Shown: in pieces, positions 4,380-9,363 of the stretch | Layout of the letters: every line of letters starts with the position of its first letter | Numbering within the stretch: position 1 is the first letter of the stretch | Assembly: GCA_015490435.1 (NCBI GenBank) | Contig: WFXV01000033.1 | Span: 1-9,363, forward strand | Length of the DNA stretch: 9,363 bases | Reading direction: 5' to 3' | Source: Thermaceae bacterium | GTDB lineage: Bacteria > Deinococcota > Deinococci > Deinococcales > Marinithermaceae | Program-made: the position numbers and the translations under genes | The notes under the pieces: generated by a model | The model's database searches: none | What the model saw: the letters and a program-made list of their open reading frames with translations, nothing else | What the model was told of the DNA's origin: nothing

Positions 4380-5752
4380 CACGCGGCCACCCCCTGATAG
4401 AGCGCAAGGCGCTCCACGTAGCGGTGCTCGAAGACGCCGCCGGCCAGGGCCTCGGGGAGCGCACGGGGTGAGGCGCGGAAGAGGCGGGCGAGGGTGCGCT
4501 CGAGGTACTTGCGGGCATAGGCGACGCGCTCAAGTGCCACGCCCTGCACCGCAGCGGCGGAGAGGATCACGCCCACGGCCTGGGCCAGAAGACCCTCAGC
4601 AGCGGCACGAAGGGGCCGGCGGACGCGCTTTAGGGGAACGCGGATTTGAGCCCAGGCGAGGATGACCTCGGTCCAAAGCGGATCTTCCGGCCAGCGGGTC
4701 TTTTGCTGATTTGCAGTCGGCACCCGCAAGCTGAGCCAATGCTTGGTGAGGTAATACCAAAGGGCACCAAGGTTCTCCACCAGGGTGGGCCAGTCGTGAA
4801 GGTCGAGAAGGCCCTTCTCCGGGTGCAAGAAGGCGGTGAGCACGTCCTTCCGTAGCTGGAACTCGACGCGCCAGACGACCGTGTTCTCGAGGTCCAACCC
4901 GAAGCTCGCCGCGTAATCGCGAAGGAGCTCCTTCGTCTCCGGCTTCTTGCGGGCCTCGGCGGTCTTGCTGTAGATCCGGGCGAGCAGCTTCTTGCTGCCG
5001 AACCGGAACGAGGTCCAGCGCGGGCCGCTAAGGTGCACCTGGGCCTCGGCGAGAGCGGAAGGCGCGGCAAGAAGCGCCGCTTCGGGAGTGCACTTAGCGG
5101 CCCCCGTGCTACTCATGGGGGGGCCGCCCGCGCCCGGGGCGGCGCTCACGCGCTCGCCGCCGGGCGCTTCCGCGGCATCCTCCAGGTAGGCTTGACGATC
5201 GCGGGCACGGGAGACGAAGCGGTAGAGGTCGGGGAGCTCGAAGGGGTTCTCCGGTGAGGCGAAGTCGGCGTAGAGGTCCACCCGGGTCACGCCGATGCGG
5301 ACCGGCTCGGGGTCCTCAAGACCGGCTCGGGCCATGAGCGCGATCAGCCGGGCCGTGATCGCGTCGACGATCTCGCGGATGTTGCCCCCAAGGGCGCGGA
5401 TATAACGGCCGTGGAGCTCAACGCGGATCTGGGGGTAATCATCCCGCCGTACTGAGGACTTCTCGGGGTCTGAGATGCCCAGGAAAAGGGCCTCGTCGCC
5501 AAAGACGAGACCGTAGCGGTAGTGGCGCACGCGGCGGATCTGGGCCCGCTCGAAGTCGCGGGGCTCGAGAGTGGCAGGAATACCAAGGTCGGAAACGTCC
5601 AGAAAGACCGGGCGATCGAGATCGGTTTCGTTGCGCTTGGCGAGAGCTAACTCAAGGCGCTCGTGGAAATCCGCAGGCAAACGGTAGCGCGGGCCCCAGG
5701 AGTACCAGAGGACCAACGTGTCTACGCCGTGGGTAAGCGTGAGGGTTCTCAT
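4379..5752 (-). CDS. Rolling-circle replication initiation protein, Rep_trans family (RstA / gII functional analogue), 457 aa (466 aa if the ATG at 5779 is used)
   Basis: Motifs VTRVDLYADF (5273-5287 region) and LLARIYSKTAEARKK ... VVWRVEFQLRKD (Tyr codon at 4970-4972) match the R.D...D and R.Y.K..E ... WR.E signature of PF02486-type initiators, which are used by CTXphi-like filamentous phages and pT181-type plasmids. The ATG at 5750-5752 has GAGGA 5 nt upstream; the upstream ATG at 5777-5779 has no good SD. Confidence 0.8.
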   Translation of the reverse strand: MRTLTLTHGVDTLVLWYSWGPRYRLPADFHERLELALAKRNETDLDRPVFLDVSDLGIPATLEPRDFERAQIRRVRHYRYGLVFGDEALFLGISDPEKSSVRRDDYPQIRVELHGRYIRALGGNIREIVDAITARLIALMARAGLEDPEPVRIGVTRVDLYADFASPENPFELPDLYRFVSRARDRQAYLEDAAEAPGGERVSAAPGAGGPPMSSTGAAKCTPEAALLAAPSALAEAQVHLSGPRWTSFRFGSKKLLARIYSKTAEARKKPETKELLRDYAASFGLDLENTVVWRVEFQLRKDVLTAFLHPEKGLLDLHDWPTLVENLGALWYYLTKHWLSLRVPTANQQKTRWPEDPLWTEVILAWAQIRVPLKRVRRPLRAAAEGLLAQAVGVILSAAAVQGVALERVAYARKYLERTLARLFRASPRALPEALAGGVFEHRYVERLALYQGVAA

Positions 5753-5785
5753 GATTATCCTCGGGTGTAGGGTAAGCATGAAGGG

Positions 5786-6727
5786 GTGCGCCCCCTTTGG
5801 CTCCTTTTGCTCTTCTTGCTCGCGGCCTGCGGCGCCGACCAGGGCCTTCCGGCGGAGCCGCTTCGCTTCGTGGAGGCGAACCTACCGCCCGCCTACCTGG
5901 GCGAGCCCTACCGGGTCGAGCTCGTCGCCGCCGGGGGGGTGCGGCCCTACCGGTACGAGAGCAAGGGGAAGCTCCCCGAGGGGCTCGCCTTCAAGGACGG
6001 GGTGATCGCCGGCACCCCGAAGGCCAAGGGCGAGGCCCGCTTCGAGGTGACGGTGCGGGACGCGGGGCTCTCGGCGGTGACCCGCACCTTCACCCTCCGG
6101 GTCACCGACCCGCCGCCCCCCGCCTTTCGCTTCGCCCTGCCGCCGGTGGCGGTGGCCGACCCCTTCATCGTGGTGGCCAGGCTCGAGGGCCGGCGCACCC
6201 TGGGGTTCGAGGCCCGCTTCGAGCTGGGCGCGCTCCGCCCCGACCTCAAGACGCTGAAGGTGGCCGAGGGCGCCCTCTACCTGGTCCGCTACGACGAGAA
6301 GACCGGTGTGCTCGGACTCGACCTCGCCTACAAGAAGCCCGCCTCCGGCGGCGAGGTCTTCCGCCTCACCCTCGTCCCCGAGAAGAAGGCGCTCTATAAG
6401 CGAATCCCCTACCGGGCGCGCTTCCTCGACGAGAAGGGGAAGCCCTTCGCCGCCTCTGAGCGGGTCGCTTTTGCTGAGGAGGGCTCTGGGAAGTACGCTT
6501 TTTCCGACCTGGTCCGGCTCGCCCGGAACTGGGGGAAGCGGGCGAAGAAGGACGAAGCGCTCGAGGGCGACCTGAACAAGGACGGCCGGGTGGACGAGGC
6601 CGACCTCGCCCTCCTCAAAGCCGACTACCGCTGGGCCTGGCCGGAGAAGAAGGCGAAGCCCCCTCAGTCCCAGGGCACGCCCCGGAAGAGCTCGAGCACG
6701 CCCGAGGAGAGTTCCTCCTTGCCGTAG
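5786..6727 (+). CDS. Lipoprotein with a He_PIG-type putative Ig domain and a C-terminal dockerin/EF-hand-like Ca-binding motif, 313 aa
   Basis: A GTG start gives MRPLWLLLLFLLAAC, i.e. a signal peptide with lipobox L-A-A-C. LPPAYLGEPYRVELVAAGGVRPYRYESKGKLPEGLAFKDGVIAGTPKAKGEARFEVTVRD follows the LP.G..G..Y...L.A.GG..PY......G.LP.GL.....G.I.GTP pattern of PF05345. GDLNKDGRVDEADLALLKADY resembles a dockerin type-I repeat. Codon usage is GC3-rich and host-like. Confidence 0.75.
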   Translation: MRPLWLLLLFLLAACGADQGLPAEPLRFVEANLPPAYLGEPYRVELVAAGGVRPYRYESKGKLPEGLAFKDGVIAGTPKAKGEARFEVTVRDAGLSAVTRTFTLRVTDPPPPAFRFALPPVAVADPFIVVARLEGRRTLGFEARFELGALRPDLKTLKVAEGALYLVRYDEKTGVLGLDLAYKKPASGGEVFRLTLVPEKKALYKRIPYRARFLDEKGKPFAASERVAFAEEGSGKYAFSDLVRLARNWGKRAKKDEALEGDLNKDGRVDEADLALLKADYRWAWPEKKAKPPQSQGTPRKSSSTPEESSSLP

Positions 6728-7605
6728 TCGGCGGGCTCCATCACCTGGGGCGGGCAGCTTTCCACGCAGGCGTTGCAGCCGGTGCAGCGGGCGAGCTCGA
6801 GCTCGAGCACCCGCTCCTCCCCCTCCCGAAAGCGCCGGATCGCCGAGGTGGGGCAGACGTTCTGGCAGACCGGGCAGAGGGTGCAGCCCTCCTCGACCCG
6901 CACCCCCGGCCAGCGCACCTCGCTCGCCCGCTCGGCCGCGAGCCGGCGGAGGCGAAGCTCGGCGGGGAGGGTCTCCCCCTCCTCGGGGACGAGCTCGGGG
7001 GGCGGCTCGGGGAGGGCCTCGGCGGCCACCCGTCGGGCGCTTTGGAAAAGCCCCCGGAAAAGCTCGCGCCGCCCCACCGCGGGGCCTTCTAAGGGCTCGG
7101 TGGTGACCTCTACCTCGAGCTCCGGGTAGTACCGCCTTGCCTCCCGGATCGCGGCCTCGAGCCGCCTGGGCACCTCGGGGCCGCCGATCTTGCAGCCATC
7201 ACAGTCGCCCCGCGCCAGGGTGAGGGACCCGAGCCGGCTTCCCGCCCAGGCGAGGAGGCCGGGCGTGAGCCGTCCCAGGCAGAGCACCTCCTCCCCCTGC
7301 CCCGGGGCCCGGCTGCATGTGAGCCGCCCCCGGCCCTTGGCGAGCGCCTCCTGCAGGGGGCCGAGGGGGTACTCGAGGGCGACGCCGGGGCAGACCTGAA
7401 CGCAAAGCCCGCACCCGGTGCAGTGGGCGTCGTCGATCTCGACGGTGTAGCCGGAGAGGTCCACGGCCTGGTGGGGGCAGGCGTCGGCGCAGGCGGAGCA
7501 GCCCCCCACCGCGTGGCGCTCGAGCAGGCAGCGCTCGGGGGAAAAGCGCGGGGTGGGGTCGGTGAGCTTGAGGGCGAGTTCGAGGAGGTTGTCCCAAAGC
7601 CCCAT
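6664..7605 (-). CDS. 4Fe-4S dicluster-domain protein (two ferredoxin-like modules flanking a Cys-containing middle region), 313 aa
   Basis: There are four cluster motifs: CSACADACP, CTGCGLCVQVCP, CTLCPVCQNVCP and CTGCNACVESCP. The middle region carries extra Cys residues (LTCSRAP...VLCLG...GDCDGCKIGG). Confidence 0.8.
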   Translation of the reverse strand: MGLWDNLLELALKLTDPTPRFSPERCLLERHAVGGCSACADACPHQAVDLSGYTVEIDDAHCTGCGLCVQVCPGVALEYPLGPLQEALAKGRGRLTCSRAPGQGEEVLCLGRLTPGLLAWAGSRLGSLTLARGDCDGCKIGGPEVPRRLEAAIREARRYYPELEVEVTTEPLEGPAVGRRELFRGLFQSARRVAAEALPEPPPELVPEEGETLPAELRLRRLAAERASEVRWPGVRVEEGCTLCPVCQNVCPTSAIRRFREGEERVLELELARCTGCNACVESCPPQVMEPADYGKEELSSGVLELFRGVPWD

Positions 7606-7638
7606 GCCCTGCCAGCTTAGCGCAGCCCGGGTCCGGGC

Positions 7639-7667
7639 TTGACATAAGTAAGTATTTACTTATAAAC
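7639..7667 (+). promoter_or_regulatory. Sigma-A-type promoter: TTGACA (7639-7644), 16-nt spacer, TATAAA (7661-7666), upstream of the SPW-repeat/TetR genes
   Basis: The -35 is perfect and the -10 matches 5 of 6, within the only AT-rich patch of the host-like region. It lies about 25 nt upstream of the GGGAGGTG SD and the ATG at 7690. Confidence 0.6.
7644..7663. promoter_or_regulatory. 20-bp palindromic operator candidate ATAAGTAA-gtat-TTACTTAT, filling the promoter spacer
   Basis: The two 8-bp arms are perfect (7644-7651 and 7656-7663). The palindrome overlaps the -35/-10 interval of the promoter that drives an operon containing a TetR-family gene, which is the typical autoregulatory arrangement. 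Confidence 0.5.
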
Positions 7668-7689
7668 TGGAGGCGAAGGGAGGTGGGCC

Positions 7690-8028
7690 ATGAAGAGCAC
7701 GTTGGAATGGCTGAACGTCATTCTCGGCGCCTGGCTCTTCCTCTCGCCCTGGATCCTGGGGTTCACCGGCACCTCCGCAGCCGCGTGGAGCGCCTGGATC
7801 GTCGGCGCGCTCGTGGTGATCTTCGCCCTCTGGGCGCTTTCCGACCGGGCGAGCTGGGAGGACTGGGTCAACTTCGTGGTGGCCATCGTCGGCTTTCTGA
7901 CCCCGTGGCTCTTTGGCTTTGCCGGCGTGGCCGCGGCTGCCTGGAACCTCTGGATCGTGAGCCTCGCCATCGCCATCGTCGCCCTCTGGGCGGCCTACAC
8001 GCCGGCCGAGCCCAAGGCGACCTCGTAA
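7690..8028 (+). CDS. SPW-repeat small integral membrane protein, 112 aa
   Basis: It contains two copies of the W...LG.WLF.SPW.LGF-type repeat (WLNVILGAWLFLSPWILGF and WVNFVVAIVGFLTPWLFGF) and four predicted TM helices. The SD GGGAGGTG lies 4 nt upstream of the ATG. Confidence 0.8.
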   Translation: MKSTLEWLNVILGAWLFLSPWILGFTGTSAAAWSAWIVGALVVIFALWALSDRASWEDWVNFVVAIVGFLTPWLFGFAGVAAAAWNLWIVSLAIAIVALWAAYTPAEPKATS

Positions 8029-8044
8029 ACTTGGGAGCGGAGTG

Positions 8045-8069
8045 GGGGCGGGGGCAGGCCCCCCGCCCC
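8045..8069 (+). other. 10-bp all-G/C hairpin (ggggcggggg caggc cccccgcccc) between the SPW-repeat stop and the TetR ATG
   Basis: 8045-8054 pairs perfectly with 8060-8069. It begins 17 nt after the TAA at 8026-8028 and has no U-tract downstream. Confidence 0.4.
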
Positions 8070-8077
8070 GATGCCTA

Positions 8078-8665
8078 ATGGAGCTGGGAGTCGCGCGCAA
8101 ACGGCAAAGCGGCGCCGAGCGCCGCCGGCAGATCCTCGAGGCGGCCGAGCGGATCTGCCTCGAGGAGGGGATCGCCGCGCTCAGGACCGAGAAGATCGCC
8201 CGCCGGGTGGGGCTCTCCCCGGGGGGCATCTTCCGCCACTACCCCAGCAAGCGGGCGATCCTCACCGCCCTGACCCGGGCGCTCCTCGCCCGGCTCGAGG
8301 CCACCACCCCGGCGGAGGGGGCGCCGCTCGAGTGGCTTCGGGCCTTCGTGGTGAACCGGGTGCGGGCCTTTCAGGAAGACCCCGGGCTCAGGCTGCTCTT
8401 TTCCCCCGAGTTCGAGCACGCCCTGCCGAAGGCGGCCAAGGCCGAGCTGAAAAGGAGCTTGCGGGCCACCTGGGACCGGCTGGTGGCGGCGGTCGAGGAG
8501 GGGCAGCGCCGGGGCGAGATCCGGGCGGACCTCGCCGCCGAGGAGCTGGCGGCGGCGGTGGCCGCGCTGGTGCAGGCGGCGACCCAGCCCCTGCTCGCCG
8601 AGGTGATCCGGGAGAGCGACCCCGAGCGGGTCTGGCAGACCGTCCGGGACCTGCTCGCCCGCTAG
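8078..8665 (+). CDS. TetR/AcrR-family transcriptional regulator, 195 aa (207 aa if the GTG at 8042 is used)
   Basis: The N-terminal [51 protein letters not shown] matches the TetR_N signature (T...IA...G.S.G..Y.HF.SK..L). The start is ambiguous: the GTG at 8042 has GGGAG 4 nt upstream but places the GC hairpin inside the coding sequence, while the ATG at 8078 gives a typical N-terminal length. Confidence 0.8.
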   Translation: MELGVARKRQSGAERRRQILEAAERICLEEGIAALRTEKIARRVGLSPGGIFRHYPSKRAILTALTRALLARLEATTPAEGAPLEWLRAFVVNRVRAFQEDPGLRLLFSPEFEHALPKAAKAELKRSLRATWDRLVAAVEEGQRRGEIRADLAAEELAAAVAALVQAATQPLLAEVIRESDPERVWQTVRDLLAR

Positions 8666-9363
8666 AGCAGGTCCCGGATCGCCTCCAGGAAGCGCTCGAA
8701 GCCGGAGAAATCGAGCTGCTGCTGGTTGTCGGAGAGGGCCACCAGGGGATTGGGGTGCACCTCGACGTGGACGCCGTCCACACCGGCGGCGAGCGCCGCC
8801 CGGGCCATCGGGGCGAGGAGGTCGGTGCGCCCGGCGGCGTGGGTGACGTCCACGATCACCGGCAGGTGGGTCTCCTGCTTGGCCAGCACCGCCGCCTGGA
8901 GGTCGAGGGTGTTCCGGGTCCACTTCTCGAAGGTGCGGATCCCCCGCTCGATGAGGACAACCTGGTCGTTGCCCTGGGCGAGGATGTACTCGGCGGCGTA
9001 GAACCACTCCTCGACGGTGGCGCTCATGCCCCGCTTCAAAAAGACCGGCCGGCCCGAGCGCCCCACCTCCCGGAGTAGGGCGAAGTTCTGCATGTTGCGG
9101 GCGCCGATCTGGAGGATGTCGGCGTACTCGGCGACGAGCTCGACGTCGCGGGTGTCCATCACCTCGGTGACGAAGGCCATGCCGTGCCGGCGGGCGGCGG
9201 CGGCGCCGAGCTCGAGCCCCCGCTTCCCGAGCCCCTGGAAGGCGTAGGGGCTGGTCCGGGGCTTAAAGGCCCCGCCCCGGAGGATCTCGACCCCGCGCTC
9301 GGCCAGGAAGGCGGCGGCTTCCTCGATCTGGGCCTCGCTCTCGATCGAGCAGGGCCCGGCCAC
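8662..9363 (-). CDS. aroF: 3-deoxy-7-phosphoheptulonate (DAHP) synthase, class I-beta; 5' end cut by the window edge
   Basis: GPCSIES...[18 protein letters not shown]...VTEVMD...[10 protein letters not shown]...LKRG...[14 protein letters not shown]...[10 protein letters not shown] is the conserved core of class I-beta DAHP synthases (Thermotoga/Bacillus AroA(G) type). The ORF is open to nt 9363. KDO8P synthase is the closest paralogue, but the FKPRTSPY and GIRTFE motifs favour DAHPS. Confidence 0.85.
   Translation of the reverse strand: MAGPCSIESEAQIEEAAAFLAERGVEILRGGAFKPRTSPYAFQGLGKRGLELGAAAARRHGMAFVTEVMDTRDVELVAEYADILQIGARNMQNFALLREVGRSGRPVFLKRGMSATVEEWFYAAEYILAQGNDQVVLIERGIRTFEKWTRNTLDLQAAVLAKQETHLPVIVDVTHAAGRTDLLAPMARAALAAGVDGVHVEVHPNPLVALSDNQQQLDFSGFERFLEAIRDLL

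Larger units (their letters stand above)
170..5779 (-). mobile_element. Inovirus-like (filamentous phage) prophage module; the right edge is near 5753-5785 and the left edge is not defined in this window
   Basis: Gene order is Ff-type: Rep, ssDNA-binding protein, small hydrophobic ORFs, major coat, gIII-like, gVI-like, Zot-like. All genes are on one strand with overlapping stop/start codons. GC3 is slightly lower than in the flanking host-like genes. A transposase fragment lies at the left. Confidence 0.8.

Noticed and set aside
5797-6399. ORF 5797..6399 (+, 200 aa) and other alternative-frame ORFs over the lipoprotein, 4Fe-4S and SPW genes (e.g. 7199..7645 -, 7660..8229 -, 7683..8078 +)
   Set aside because: They are Arg/Gly/Pro-rich alternative frames of genes with clear signatures in another frame, and they have no start-site support.
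7644-7663. AT-rich palindrome considered as a dif/XerCD-type site for filamentous-phage integration
   Set aside because: The arm spacing (4 nt, or 12 nt for the ATAA/TTAT cores) does not fit the 6-8-nt central region of dif sites. It lies 1.9 kb away from the prophage edge and sits precisely in a promoter spacer. An operator is the better explanation.
8071-9078. ORFs 8071..9078 (+, 335 aa) and 8075..9007 (-, 310 aa)
   Set aside because: They are Arg/Gly/Pro-rich and out of frame with, or antisense to, the clearly recognisable TetR and DAHP synthase genes. They are spurious.
1-9363. Search for CRISPR arrays, tRNA/rRNA genes and tandem repeats
   Set aside because: No regularly spaced direct repeats and no cloverleaf-like or rRNA-like segments were seen by eye. 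The only recurring DNA motif (gccgtcgccgtcgg, three copies) is explained by the coding TSP3-like repeats.

Overview
High-GC window (about two-thirds G+C by eye, very GC3-rich codons) that looks like a Thermus/Meiothermus-type chromosome. The left 60% (about 170-5779, all on the minus strand) is a tightly packed Ff-type filamentous (inovirus-like) prophage module. In transcription order it encodes a Rep_trans-type rolling-circle initiator, a 42-aa ORF, a gV-like ssDNA-binding protein and three ~30-aa hydrophobic ORFs. These are followed by a major coat protein resembling Thermus phage PH75 coat (from memory), a 478-aa gIII-like adsorption protein, a gVI-like membrane protein, a Zot/gI-like ATPase and an 83-aa membrane/Cys protein. 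Most junctions are overlapping stop/start codons (TGATG or ATGA). No secretin, repressor, integrase of the usual kinds, or obvious origin/packaging region is in the window. At the far left the composition drops. The N-terminus of an IS481-family transposase runs off the edge, and its start is embedded in a perfect 16-bp inverted repeat. The right 40% looks like host DNA: a lipoprotein with an Ig-like (He_PIG-type) domain and a dockerin-like motif, a 4x[4Fe-4S]-motif protein, an AT-rich promoter with a palindromic operator driving an SPW-repeat membrane protein plus a TetR regulator, and a 5'-truncated DAHP synthase. Long ORFs antisense to or out of frame with these genes are treated as high-GC artefacts. 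All family assignments come from motif recognition by eye and need HMM/BLAST confirmation.
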